Part shown: positions 11,670 to 25,092 of the stretch, piece after piece
Layout of the letters: the number at the start of each line of letters is the position of its first letter
Position numbering within the stretch: position 1 is the stretch's first letter
NCBI GenBank assembly: GCA_943704425.1
Contig: CALSCP010001523.1
Coordinates: forward strand, 1 to 55,949
DNA length: 55,949 nucleotides
From: Ministeria vibrans ATCC 50519
Lineage: Eukaryota; Protista; Filasterea
Direction: 5' to 3'
The notes under the pieces: generated by a model
What the model saw: the letters and a program-made list of their open reading frames with translations, nothing else
What the model was told of the DNA's origin: nothing
Databases searched by the model: none
Position numbers and translations under genes: made by a program

Positions 11670-14417
11670 TTAATTTGTTTTGCTTTTATCCTTTTCTTTT
11701 CATTTATCTAATTTCCATCTTGTATCTGCCTGTTTTTGGATTTTTTCTATTCATTTTTTGTTATTGTTTAATTTTGAGATGTTATTCATTCTATCTATTT
11801 TTGTCTTTCTATCTAGAATTATTCATTTATTTAATGGGTTTAATTCTCCTTCTTTTCATGGTACTTCTTCTCAGAATTTAGGCATTTCTGGATGTTCTGT
11901 TTCTATTTCTATTGGGCCCATTCTTTTCTTTTCTACTTCACTTACATCACTTAGATTACTTTGGTCATCTTTAATTATAGAAAATGAACTTTCTAGACCA
12001 CCATGCCAATCTTTGTATCCGTACACTTTTTCTACTAACTTATCTAACTTTTCTCTTGGACCTTCTGTTATTCAGGTTTTAATTGATAGTATTTTTTTTA
12101 TGTAGTGAAGTGTCAGTCTTAGAGTTGTTTGTTTTCTTTTATCTATATACTCTATTTCTGGACCTAATCAATTAATATTCTTTTTTCATAAATAATCAAT
12201 CATTTTCTTTGTCTCTTCTGTACTTCTATTTAAAGTTATTTTTGGATCTATTCATTGTCATATTCCTTTTTTTAACTGTAAACTATTTACTACCTTTAAT
12301 TTTAATGTTTGTGTATTCTTTAATTTTTGTAATCAATGTAATTTATATAACTCTTTTGATCTTCGCTCTTTTACTTCTGCCATTCTTTTTTTTTCATTCA
12401 AAGTTACTTTTGGATTGAATGGCAGTATTACTATTTCTGAATATTTATTTACTGATTCTAAACTTGTCTCTATCTTTTCTCTTTCTCAATGGGCTTTTAA
12501 GTGCCTTTTAGTTTCTATTTCTGATCTAAATGGCTCACAGTCTTTCTTTCAATTTGTTTCTATTCCTGATCCAGACATTTCAATTCAATAGTCTTCATTA
12601 TCTCACTTGAAGAATGCTTCTTCTAATGATGGCTTTAGTCAAGTCATGTTAATGTTTCCTACTATTTTGGTTTTAACATGGTCCACTCTGTGGGGATTTT
12701 GGTTTATTCCCACTATTTCTTCTTGACCTTTTTCATTTAATTCAATTATGTTTTCATTAAAATATTTCTTTCTTATTTTTAGTTTGTCGTCTGGATCAAA
12801 TAGAATCTCATTTTCTACATTTTCATTTTTTATATATTCTGAAATTATAGAGACTTTTTTTAGATTTATTTTAGTAAATGGTTCTTCTTTATTTATACCT
12901 TTATCTTCAGCTTCGTATATACTGTTTTTTCATCTTTCTATATACTCTTCAGCATCTATATATACTCTTTTATTCATACCTTTATATTTTTTTCTATCAT
13001 CTATATCATCAAGTTTATTATCATTATCATCTTCATCTTTATCATCATCATATACTTCAATCAAATTATTATTATCATCATAATCATCATCATCATTATC
13101 ATCATCATTATCATTATCATCATCATTATCATTATCATCATCATTATCATTATCATCATCATTATCATCTTTATCATCATTATCATCATCATTATTATCT
13201 TGTTCGTATTCTTTTCCTTCTTTAATTGGAACCATTACTCATTTTATTATTTCTTTTAATTCTTGGCTTTTATCTTCTTCCTCTTCTTCCAATTTCAAGT
13301 TTTGTCTTTGCAAATCTTTTATATATATTATTTCGCAATTATCTATATATAAACTACTTCTATTTGGTCTATATTCTTTACCATAAACAAATGATAGTTT
13401 AGATTTATCTTGATTGTTAAAGAATCATTTTTGAATATCTTTAGTTTCTAATAGATATTCTGTTTCTTCGATTTCTCCTTTAGAATTTATATTATTTGAA
13501 ATAACATAATTTACATTTATTTCTATGTTTTGATCATTAGCAAAATTCATTATTTCTAATCAATTTATTCCTTTTGCTTCACCTTCTTCAAATATTATTG
13601 AGTTTTTGAATCTAACCCACAGTTCGCGATATAATAGGTTGTTTTCATTTAATATTTTTGTTATTCTATTTGTGTTTGGTAAAAGGCCATTTGTCTCGTA
13701 CAGAGTTATATTATAATTATCTATTATTAATTCTTTTCTTGAATTTAATTTTAAATTTATAATTAGATCTAATACTGTTGATCACTCTATTTCAAATGTT
13801 TGTCTTTCTATTGTCTGTCTTATTAATTCTTTTTTCTTATCGTTACTTCAATCAAAATTACATCATTCACTTTCCAATGGCTCTTTTCTATCTTCCTTGT
13901 TTTCGATATTTCAATAATCTATCATGTATTCTTCCTCTAGATCTTGGGCGCATTTATTACAATTTTTTTCATTTTTATTTCCTTTAATAATTGTTGTCAG
14001 TAATGATGACCAATATTTTCATGTTTCTAGTCTTTGTTTCCTTTTTATGTCTTCTACTCCTCACATCTCTTCAATTTCTAATAATGTAGTTATCTTTTCA
14101 TCCTTTTTTATTTTTATTTTGCTTATCTTTTCATCTGATCAAGTGTGTATCTTGTATATATCTGGGATCTTTTTTATATTTTCTATTAGAATATTTTCTA
14201 CATTCACTTTTTGTTCTTTGTAAATTACATTGTCTATTAGAACTTCTTTTACTTCGTTTTCTTTGTAAAAGTTTCGAAATGTTTCTTTTTTATTATTATT
14301 CAAATATTCCCCTATCATGCTTAAATATCAAATAAATATTATCCTTTTCTTTCGGTTGAGTTTAAGTCAATTAGCATCTCTTATTATTTTTCACTTTTCA
14401 ATTAGTTCTTTATTCAT
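11670..14417 (-). CDS. Giant ORF, 915 aa (orf915); uS2-like C-terminal region and internal Asp/Asn repeat
   Basis: Open under code 4 from ATG 14417 to TAA 11672-11670; YIDKRKQTTLRLTLHYIKKI and YKDWHGGLESSF resemble uS2 motifs. Confidence 0.85.
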
Positions 14418-14452
14418 TTTATTTATTTTATTTATTTTTAATTTAACTTACA

Positions 14453-14526
14453 TAAAGATAGTAAGACTTGAACTTACAGAGGATAGTGCCTAAAACTATT
14501 GCGTCTACCTATTCCGCCATATCCTT
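14453..14526 (-). tRNA. trnL: tRNA-Leu(UAG), short variable loop
   Basis: Leu-type D arm GCGGAATAGGTAGACGC; ATAGT-TT TAG GC-ACTAT. Confidence 0.9.
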
Positions 14527-14555
14527 TTTAAAGGGCTTATGTCTTTTATCTCTTT

Positions 14556-15299
14556 TTAATGTGTACTATATACATCTTGTATGTAGATAGATGTTAAAAG
14601 TGTAAATACATATGCTTGTATTAATGCTACTGCTAACTCTAGTAAAGTTAATACTATTAATAATAATACTATTATTATTCCTACTATGTTTATAATTGTT
14701 GATTTAATTAATAACATGTTTAATGCAAATCCTGCTATTATTCCTAGTAGTATATGACCACTTGTTATATTAGCTGCTAATCGAACTCCTAGTGAAATTG
14801 CTCTTGCAATAAAACTAATTAGTTCAATGTTAATCAGTAAAATTGCCATTACAAATGGTGATTTGTCTGGTAAGAAATTTGCAAAGAAATATGATTTTTG
14901 AATCTTTAATCCTAATTGTAATACTCCTAGCCATATAGCACATGATAAAAATAATGTTATTATAGCCTGTGATGTAATTGCATATGCATATGGAACCATT
15001 CCTATTAAATTTAATATACATATAAAGTTAAATAATGTTAGTAAATATCCAAGGAATTTACTTTTATCATTACCTAAAATATCTAAAACTGTTCCCTTTA
15101 CGAATTTATATGTTCCTTCTACAAACATTTGGTAATGGTTTGGTTTTAAATTTGGTTTTCTAAGATTTGGTAATAGATAAACAAATATGCTTAATGTCAT
15201 TATAATTGATATTGTAGCATTTGTTATACTAAGGTCTAATGAACCCACTTTAATTGGTATTAGTTCGATTATATTGAATTGTAATAATGGTGATGACAT
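14556..15299 (-). CDS. atp6: ATP synthase subunit 6
   Basis: SPLLQF, ISLGVRLAANITSGH, LELAVALIQAYVF. Confidence 0.98.
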   Translation of the reverse strand: MSSPLLQFNIIELIPIKVGSLDLSITNATISIIMTLSIFVYLLPNLRKPNLKPNHYQMFVEGTYKFVKGTVLDILGNDKSKFLGYLLTLFNFICILNLIGMVPYAYAITSQAIITLFLSCAIWLGVLQLGLKIQKSYFFANFLPDKSPFVMAILLINIELISFIARAISLGVRLAANITSGHILLGIIAGFALNMLLIKSTIINIVGIIIVLLLIVLTLLELAVALIQAYVFTLLTSIYIQDVYSTH

Positions 15300-15474
15300 T
15301 TATTTCTTTTTTTATTTCTTTTCATTTGCTTGTGGCGGGCGCAATCTTTTGATTTTAGCTATTTTTATTTTAGTTATTAGTTAGAATTTTATATCTTGTT
15401 TATTCATTTCTTTTTAGCTATTCTTCTTCATTTTGCGCCCCTCTTATTTTTATTTACTTTTATTTACTTTCACT

Positions 15475-16896
15475 TTAAATTAGTATTCATCCAAATATTG
15501 TGAAAAAGAGGATTTGACTTAGTCATATTACTTCTAATTCATATTTATTCTTTAGTCTAATTTGTGACATTAGGATCTTAATTGTTCATTTCTCTTGTTT
15601 TCCTAATTTTAGGATTCCTCCTTTTTTTAAACTTGAGAATTTGTTAAACTCTGTTCAACCTCTATTGTCTAATGTTAATTGTTCAATTATTCTTAAATAA
15701 TAATATGAACTTATTACTGATGTTACTAATATTCAACAAAGAAATCAATACATGTTTGATTCAATTGCTGTTACCATAATTAATGCTTTTGAAAAGAATC
15801 CTAATAATGGTGGGATTCCTATTAATGAAAATAATAGTATTGTTAATGTTATTTTCTCTATTTCTCTATAAGTGTTTAATCTTAATAAATCTTCTAACTT
15901 TTCTATATTATATCACATTAATATATAGAATATTCCTATTATTGTAATTGCATATACTCCCATATATAAAGTTAATATTTCATTATTTAAATTATTTACT
16001 CAATTAAAACAGTAAATACCAAGGATTATAAATCCATTGTTCATTATTGTACTGTATCCCATTAATCTTCATAAATTTCTTTGATTTAATCCTTGGATTG
16101 CTCCTATCACTGATGATCAGAGCGAGATTATCATTCCTATTCAATAGAATGTTTGACCATATATTACATTTCAATGTGCGTATAATATCATCATTCTCAT
16201 ACTTAGGAATTGGATTACTGCTACTTTTGGTATTGTAGCTAGGAACTTTACTATTCACTTTTGAGCTGCTTCATATACATCCACAATTCAATAATGTAAT
16301 GGTGCTGCTCCTAATTTGAAAAATAATCCAAATATTAATACTTTGAATCCTATTGTTTCTCATTTCTCTATATCTAAATAAATTTCTAATTCTATTCAGT
16401 TATCTAGACCTGTGTTCATTCAGATTTGTATTAATCCTAATAATATTATACAAGAATTTAATCCACTTAGGAAAAAATACTTTAATGTAGCTTCAATCCT
16501 TTTTCCCTCTTTTTTGTATTTATAACTTATTAATAATACTGTTGAGAGAGATTGGATCTCTATACTTAGATAGAAACTAAGTATTTCTTTACTATTAATC
16601 ATTATTATAATTCCTAGAATATTAATTAATACTAAAAATACTCATTCACTTTCTTTTACTTTTAATACTATTGTTAATATCATTAATCCTCCAATTAGTA
16701 TTAACCAATTGTTGAAATTTATTAATGTTATTCCTATTATTCATCCTAATGTTTTATTTAATATTGCGTGTCGATCAGAGTTTTCTTTTCCATCTATGTA
16801 ATATGAATACACTCCTACTATTATTGACATTCAAATTAATGATCAGTATTCTGTTGAATATATTCAATTTGTTGTTTCTATTCAATTTAATTTCAT
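15475..16896 (-). CDS. nad2: NADH dehydrogenase subunit 2 (~473 aa)
   Basis: EATLKYF, FKLGAAPLHYWIVDVYE, SLIGIPPLLGFFSK. Confidence 0.93.
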
Positions 16897-16949
16897 TTCT
16901 TTTATTTTTATTATTTTTATTATTTTTATTATTTTAATATTAAAGTTAT

Positions 16950-19740
16950 TTATTACTCTAATTAATTCTAAGCTCATTCATCTCAAAAAATATATCTAAT
17001 TAATTATAAATTAGATTTTATTTTTTAAATAGACACTAGAATCAGTCGTTATAGTCTATAACTGTTATATAAGATTAAAAGGTGTCTTCGCTCTTGAGAT
17101 ACTTTCAGAGCTTATACACTAATTCGTAGCTACTAAACAATGCGCAAAACAATTTATTCACCAGAGGAATTTAAGATTTGGTCCTTTCGTACTAAAATCT
17201 TAGCTTTTTACTTATTAGAAACAAAAGATAGAAGCCTTACTGTCTTACGACGTAATTAACCCAACTCATGTAATGTTTTAATGGACGAACAGTCCAACTC
17301 TAGATAGCATATGCAACTACCAAGCTACATTAAGTCGACATCGAGGAACCGAACTCAAACATCAATATGAACTTTCAGTTTGAACCAGCCTGTTATCCCC
17401 AGCGTAACTTTTATTCTTTAGCAATAATCTTTTCATTTAGATTTATTGGATGATTATAACCTACTTTTAATATCAGTTTGAATTGTCATTCTTACTGTTA
17501 AGTGGTAATATCTATTAAAATATTAATAACATTCTTGTTATTAAAACCACCTTTGTTATTCTTCGTTATCTTTTAGAAGAAATTCGCCCCAAATAAACTG
17601 TCTGGATATAATTGTCTTTAATTAAAAATGAGATCTATATATCTAATAGTAAGTATTCCATTGTTGTTTTTTACTCTTACTCCTCTCTTTTATTTAAATA
17701 TATATAATCTATTATACTTAACAGTAAAGTTGCATGGGGACTTCTCGTCTAATTGCTTCAAATTGGAATTTTAACCAATACTTTAATTTCACCTGATTAA
17801 AAATAGAGACAGTGGAACTTTTGTTAAACCTTTCATACTGGTCACCAATTAAATGACGATTGATTTCGCTACTTTTACACAGTCAGAGTTACTGCGGCAA
17901 TTTAGATTACCTTGTAGAAATAAAACTTCTTTTTCTCTTAAAGTTAATCCATTGAGCAGGTCTCACATTCTATACTTCGGTCCTTAACCTTTGCAGAATG
18001 ATATTTTTTTGGTAAAAAGCCCAAGTTCCCGAGTTATCTGAGGCCTAAACATTCTTTTAATACTATGCACCTTTTCATTCCACTCTATTTATTTTATTAC
18101 AACCTAAATTAATCTAGACTTTAACTCTGTAAATATTTAAATTACTTTATGCATTTTTAATATTAAAAGAATTTACTTTCGTTTTAATTTAAGCAGCTTT
18201 TCTTGTTATCTTACAAGCTCAATTTGCCGAGTTCCTTTATTTTTATTATTCAGCTAACCTTGATACATTCACATCTGATCACTTGTGTTAGTTTAAGTAC
18301 AGTTTTATTTTATTTACTATTCTTTCTAGGATTTGATTCTTAAATATATTTTATTATTCAAATTAATACTTTTAACATATTAATTTCTTTATTTTTTCCT
18401 CCACTCATATTTCATTTCTTTTTATTTATTTTGGACTAATATATCTAATTTTACTAATCGTTATAGTAATTTTTTCTCATCATATTTTACTTTCGTTTAA
18501 TACTAAGAGGCTCGTACTCACACTTGTTAATCATTGGTGTGAAAACCTTGATCTTTCGGCCTATTGTATTTATTATTTATATTCTTTTATTTCATACTGC
18601 TATTCAGATTTTCATTATTCATTATATATCTTTATAACTTAACTTCATATCTTAATATAATTTTAGAACAATATGGGAGTTACTCATTCTTACATTAGCT
18701 CTTCTGAATCTTCAGAATATTCTACTACCTTATCTTTTAAATTTGTTTTGGTTAGAAACTTATTAACCAGCATTTTTAATACATTATAATCTTAGATTCG
18801 TCAACTATTACGTTTTGTTGATAAGATGGCTGTTTCCAAGCCTACTCACAAATTGTACCTGATTATATATATTTTCATAATTAGCTTCTATTAATTACCT
18901 TAACATAAATTCTGGGCTGTTTCCCTTTTGACTTATTCACCTTGTCGCAAATAGTCCGTCTATTGTATTGTATTTTTTAATTCAGAGGTAATCTTAATTA
19001 CATAATCCTTATGTGACCCATAATTAAAATTGTTACTTTACCTTTAAAACACTTTTATACAATGAACTGCTTAAACAGTTTTCGTAGAAAACCAGCTATT
19101 TACTAACTTGATTAGTATTACGCCACTTTCCAAAAGTCATCGGATGATATTGCAACATCAACCCGTTCACACATCATAATCTTCAATTTTCAAATTACTC
19201 TTGTTGCCTTTGGAAAGATCGTTAGTTTTCGGGTCTTTTATATTTTACTATTGCTTTATACTTGTTTTCACTATGCTTTCTTATTTTTATATTAAACTTG
19301 TAACTTATATAAACTCGTAAAACCCTGATACAAAAGGTATATTGTCAATCTTTATTTCCAATTTCCATTATTGAATATTTCCTACTTTCCTTCACAGTAC
19401 TATTCACTATCGATATATAATTGTCTTTATATTAATATACTTTTTATTAATATTTTGAAGATGATGAATCACCTTTCTTATCTATATGATAATACTCTTC
19501 TATTTACCTCGCGCTCTATAATCAGATTTACTCCTGAAATTTGAGTTAAGCAGTGTCTTAGGATTTCTTTCGCCAATACTTTCCCTTACTCGGTTGATTT
19601 TATTTTAGGATACTCAGATGTTTCTTTTTTCCTTTCTTTATTTATAGATTTCTCTTAGGATTTATCTCTTTAAAGATATTTCTATTTAATAGTCCTTCAA
19701 TTATATTCTAGTATTCTATATTCAACTTTTATTACTTTAA
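16950..19740 (-). rRNA. rnl: Large-subunit rRNA (ends approximate)
   Basis: Reverse complement holds conserved LSU blocks (GGGATAACAGGCTG, CCTCGATGTCGAC, AGTACGAAAGGACC, AAGGAACTCGGCAAA, TACTGTGAAGGAAAG). Confidence 0.95.
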
Positions 19741-19751
19741 TATTTTTTAAA

Positions 19752-19823
19752 AAGTGAAGGTAAGATTTGAACTTACTTATATTTGTTTTGCAAACAAATG
19801 CATAACCATTTTGCTTCTTCACC
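19752..19823 (-). tRNA. trnC: tRNA-Cys(GCA)
   Basis: TTTGT-TT GCA AA-ACAAA. Confidence 0.93.
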
Positions 19824-19920
19824 TTTATCGTATCTTCGACTTTTCGATTTTACGATCATTTAGATTTTCAGTCGCAAGGTAATAATACTTTACTACTACC
19901 CCAGGATTCTTTATCTTCTT

Positions 19921-20175
19921 ATTTACTAGGGGCGCAATCTCTTTATTTGCCCACCTTTTTATCTATTTTAAGTATTTATTACTTATTTTATACCATAAGC
20001 AATTGTGGGCATCTTCTATTGACTCGCGCCCCTCTTAATATTTATTTATCTTTATTTTGATTTACTAGGGGCGCAATCTCTTTATTTGCCCACCTTTTTA
20101 TCTATTTTAAGTATTTATTACTTATTTTATACCATAAGCAATTGTGGGCATCTTCTATTTACTCGCGCCCCTCTT
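19921..20175 (-). repeat. GC-rich fold-back element, 2 tandem copies
   Basis: AGGGGCGCGA...TGCCCAC...GTGGGCA...TTGCGCCCCT on the minus strand, twice. Confidence 0.9.
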
Positions 20176-20202
20176 TATCTTTTTTATTATTTCTTTCTTT
20201 TT

Positions 20203-20799
20203 TTATTTTAAGTAGTTAAATGTTTCTAATTGAAGATATAAATCTTGTCTTTTTACTTTCTTGTTATGTTCTAATGATAATATTATTGCTCCTACCATTC
20301 CTAATAATAATAACGTAGAACTTAGAATTAGTAAACTATCTCCTTTTTTATATAGTAAATCTCCAATGTTTTTTATTCCATCTATTACTTCTACTTGGTT
20401 TATTCAATTAATTTCAATTAGGTTTTCAACCTTTATTACAGTGTTTAATTTTGATCCTCAAACAGGAATGAAACTTTCTAAGTATTTTAATCATTCTTTG
20501 TTTAGTATGTATAATACTATTATACTACTACCATATATTGGTAGGATTTGAGTTGTTAATTCTGAATTCTTTATATTAAGCATCATTACTACAAATAAAA
20601 ATAATATTGCTATGGCTCCTATATATACAATTAAAAATATTAATCCTATAAAATCTGTTCCCATAGCTATTATTAATATTACTCCATTTAAAAAGACGTA
20701 AATTAAACTTAATAATGAATGTACTGCATTTCTTACATTAATACAAATTATACTTCCTAATAGCAAATTTATTCAAATTCATGCTCAGAGTTCTAACAT
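20203..20799 (-). CDS. nad6: NADH dehydrogenase subunit 6 (198 aa)
   Basis: NAVHSLLSLI, VYIGAIAILFLFVVMML, KRQDLYLQ. Confidence 0.95.
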
Positions 20800-20813
20800 C
20801 TTTTTTTTATATT

Positions 20814-22298
20814 TTATAATTCTAATTCATATAGATTGAATGAGAATACTCCTATGTATATTACACTCATTACTATTAGTATTAATATACTTGTTTCTCT
20901 TCAATCTACATCTTTTAATTTATTCATATTTTCATATTTATATTCTCACACTTTTGATTCTATTACTATACTATTTAATATAGCTTTATTTAATTCACCC
21001 ATGCAGATTCTATTATATAAAAATAATGAGTAAGCTGCTGATAATACAATTGAGATTCCTGCTATTATTACTAAGATTAAACTATTTTTTATTATTGATG
21101 TTAGGATTATAAATTCTCCTACAAAATTACTTGATAATGGTACTGCTGCATTAGCTAATGACAATGTTAAAAAACATGTACTAAATACAGGCATTACATA
21201 ATTTAATCCTCCATAGTAATTTATAATTCTTGTATGTCATCTTTCATAAAGTATTCCAACTGCTATGAATAATCCACCACTTACTAATCCATGTCCTAAC
21301 ATTAAGATTATACTTCCAACTATTGCATCTAAATTTTCATTTAGTATAGCTAGTGTTACTAATCCCATATGTGCTACTGATGAATAAGCTATTAATCTTT
21401 TATAATCATTTTGTCTTAAACTATTTAAACTTCCGTAAATTATTGATAAAATACTTAATGTTCAAATTAAAGGTTTGTAATATATTGATGCATTTTCAAA
21501 TAACATGTAATTATATCTTAATAAACCATAACCTCCTAATTTAAGTAATATTCCTGCTAATATTGTTGATCCATAAGTAGGTGCTTCTACATGTGCTTGT
21601 GGTAATCATAAATGTATTGGAAATAATGGCATTTTAACACCAAATGCAATGAAAAAGGCTAATCATAATCATCTTTCTATATTTTCATCTCTATTGTTTC
21701 ATGTTTGCAGTCATAAATAATCTGTTGATCCTACATTTGTGTATATTCATAAAATAGCTATTAACATTAATAAGGATCCTATTAATGTGTAGTAGAATAA
21801 ATAATATGATGCTTTTATCTTTTCTCCTCTTGATCCTCATATACCAATCATTAGAAACATTGGAATTAAGATTGCTTCGAATCCAATGTAAAAGAATACT
21901 AAATCATTTATCATAAATACAAATAGTACAAATCATTCCAAGATTAAACATAATTCTATAAATCTTTTTCTTTGCTTTTTAATACTATTTCAACTTATTA
22001 ATAATGATCAGATACTCAATCAACTTGTTAGTAATATTAAGTATAAACTTAGATTATCAATACCTAGTCTAAGATATCAGCTTCAATTTGTATTCAACTT
22101 AATGTGGAAATCTCAATTGAATAATCCAATTGGGTTTTCATACCACATTCAGATGAATGTTATTCAGATAGCTACTGCACATTTACATTTTAAACCTAAT
22201 CTAAATACTGCAATGTCCTTTTCATCTTTTTCATCTTTTTCTAGTAATCAAATATATATCAACATTACTATTGGTATTACTAATATTCCACTTAGCAT
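20814..22298 (-). CDS. nad4: NADH dehydrogenase subunit 4 (~494 aa)
   Basis: [31 protein letters not shown]. Confidence 0.96.
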
Positions 22299-22306
22299 TT
22301 TCTTTT

Positions 22307-22380
22307 CGAAAGAAATTGGATTTGAACCAATGAAAATATGCTTTCAAGGCATACACCTTAGACCTCTCAGACATTCTTTC
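22307..22380 (-). tRNA. trnS: tRNA-Ser(UGA), short variable loop
   Basis: TATGC-CT TGA AA-GCATA; G73. Confidence 0.9.
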
Positions 22381-22400
22381 TTACCTCAATTCTTTCTTAT

Positions 22401-22730
22401 TTAACCTTTTAAAATTTGTTTTCCAATTATTCCTGCATTTCCTTTTATTCTGTAATATGCAACTAATATAGCTAATCCAATAGCTGATTCTCCGGCTGCT
22501 ACTGTTAGAATATATATACTTCATAATATTGGATATGCATTGTTTGTTAAGACTGCCAGTGAGATCAAGATTATATTCAATGAGAATATTACAATTTCTA
22601 ATGAAATTAACATAATTATTATATTTCTTCCATTTATTATAATACCAATTATACCTATTATGAATAAGTAAATTGAATAATGTAAATTTTGTGTACTGAT
22701 TAATTCAAATGGGATGTAATTAGATAACAT
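22401..22730 (-). CDS. nad4L: NADH dehydrogenase subunit 4L (109 aa)
   Basis: [30 protein letters not shown]. Confidence 0.95.
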
Positions 22731-22778
22731 CTTTTTATTATTATTTATTTTTTATTATTTATTATTTATTATTTATTA

Positions 22779-23135
22779 TTATTGTCATTCTAGACCACCT
22801 TTATTTCATTCATATATCAATCCGAATACCAGAATTAATAAGAATATTGAAATTACAAATCAAGAAGTTAGATCAATATATGCGAAAAATCTAGTTAGCG
22901 GAAGTAAAAATACTATTTCAAGATCAAATATTATAAATAAAATAGCAACCAAAACAAATTGAATATCAAACTTTTGTCTAGCATCTTCAAATGGCTCAAA
23001 TCCACATTCATATGGAGTTATTTTTGAATTATGAGTGTTTTGAAGAGATATTATAATTGATGCAAACATTAATATACTTGATAATAAACAACTTATTATT
23101 ATAGTAACTCAAATGTGTGAATATTGTATAAACAT
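22779..23135 (-). CDS. nad3: NADH dehydrogenase subunit 3 (118 aa)
   Basis: [29 protein letters not shown]. Confidence 0.97.
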
Positions 23136-23189
23136 TTATATCTTTATATCTTTATATCTTTATATCTTTATATCTTTATTTATCTATTT

Positions 23190-23298
23190 CGGGCGCAATC
23201 TCTTAATTTGCCCATCTTTATTGTGGATCTTTTATTTCCCACTTTTTTTATAAATTATAGCAAGTTATGGGCATCTTCTATTGACTCGCGCCCCTCTT
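23190..23298 (-). repeat. GC-rich fold-back element, 1 copy
   Basis: Same family as 19921-20175. Confidence 0.88.
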
Positions 23299-23396
23299 AA
23301 TCTTTATTTATATCTTTATTTATATTTATCTTTCTCTTAATCTTTATTTATATCTTTATTTATATTTATCTTTAAATTTAAATTTAAAGTATACAA

Positions 23397-24895
23397 ATTA
23401 TCTAATTCTAAAACAGTTTCCACTACCTTAACCAGTTATGACTTTTGCGTAGGAGTTAAATCTTTATTAAACAGGTTATCTTCTTAAATTAAAATCTATA
23501 TACATAAAATATAAAGAATCATAATTAAGAGTCATACCTTAAATACGTCAATAAACCTCCACGCAGTGACAGGCGATATGTACTCATTCCAGGGAAAAAT
23601 ATATAATATTTAAAAAATCTTTTATTCATCTGTGATTCTTATTATTATTCATTAAATCGTTCTATAATTTAATTACTTCTGATTCCTTCTTCATGTTTTC
23701 GAGTTCCAGAAAACAGTCCGTACTTAATAGAAATTAATTCTAAACAAAGTTAAGTATTTTGTTTTCTTTTTTGTATCTATTAATGTAGCACAAATGCGGC
23801 CCAAAATATATAGGTCATAAGGATCAGTTTTAGTCTATAAGTAGTCGAATTTAATTAATTATAATTCGGTAGGTTTTGCCCGTTCTAAAGTCTTGGTTAA
23901 AAACTCAAATCACGAACTGAAAACGACCATGCAACACCTGTTATTTTTAATTTAATACTTTAAAAAAGTATATTAATTAGAATTCTAATTTTGGTAAGTT
24001 TCTGCGCGGATTATCGAATTAAGCTTCATACTACACCAGTTTTTTGGAATGCCGTCAATTTATTTGGATTTGAATCTTGCGATTTTAGTTCCCAGATAAA
24101 ATGTTATTGATTTCTCTTAGAGAAATATGTTCTTCTCAAAGATAAAATACCTTTAATTAAATCATAATTTCCCCAACATTTATAGTTTACAGTATGGACT
24201 AAACAGGTATCTAATCTGTGTTGCTTTCCATACTTTCACCCTGCAGCGTCAATATATAGAAGTAAATATTTTTCAAATATGGTTTTCTTATAGATGTTAA
24301 CACATTCTACTGCTTTATCTACACTTCAATTTACTTTCTGTCTATTCAAGCATTAAATAAAAACTTTCTAGTTTTATACTAGTCTTTCAACTTTTTTATC
24401 TTTATATGCAGCCTTCAGGTCTTTAAAATCTAGTAATACTGATATAAACTCGAGCTCGTTGTATAACCGCGTCTGCTGGCACAACTGGTTAGACAGCCCT
24501 TACACTAATTTTAATCATTTTTTTATTAGTTTCTATTAGTTTACAGTTAATACACCTTCTTCCTAAACGTAAATTAACTTGGTCAAACTTTCGTTCATTG
24601 CCAAATACTCTTAACTGCAGCCTATTTTATTAAAAAATAGACAGATCCTTTCTCATAATCTGCATGACTGTTCGCTCGATAAAGCCAGTTACTGATCAAC
24701 GACTTGGCTAAGCTTTTACCTTATCCAACAATCTAATCAGGGGATCTTGATTCTTTATATTATTAATAATTATAAAGGTATCTTTAATCCTTTTACTCAT
24801 TTTTACGCCACATTATATTTATCATATATTATTCGACTAGCATGTTTATTCTTATTTACTAGCTTACATCTGTGCCATAATCAAACACATCTATT
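23397..24895 (-). rRNA. rns: Small-subunit rRNA (ends approximate)
   Basis: Reverse complement holds GTTTGATTATGGCACAG, GTGCCAGCAGACGCGGT, ATTAGATACC, TGCATGGTCGT, AAGTCATAAC; no CCTCC anti-SD at the 3' end. Confidence 0.95.
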
Positions 24896-24996
24896 TTATT
24901 CTTTATTTCGTCCTAATCATTTTATTTTATTATTCTTTATTTTGATCGTAAATTTACCATCTTGATATTATGAAGAGCTTATTGGGTTTCGTATCT

Positions 24997-25068
24997 AGTA
25001 GATGATTGGATTTGAACCAATATCTTTTACAATGTAAATATAATTCTTTACCTTTAAGATACATCTAC
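24997..25068 (-). tRNA. trnV: tRNA-Val(UAC)
   Basis: Acceptor GTAGATG/CATCTAC; TTATA-TT TAC AT-TGTAA. Confidence 0.9.
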
Positions 25069-25092
25069 TTTATTAAGAAATCAAAGAGAGAT

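Noticed and set aside
12878-13225. His/Tyr-rich ORF resembling a metal-binding protein
   Set aside because: Antisense reading of the Asp/Asn microsatellite in orf915.
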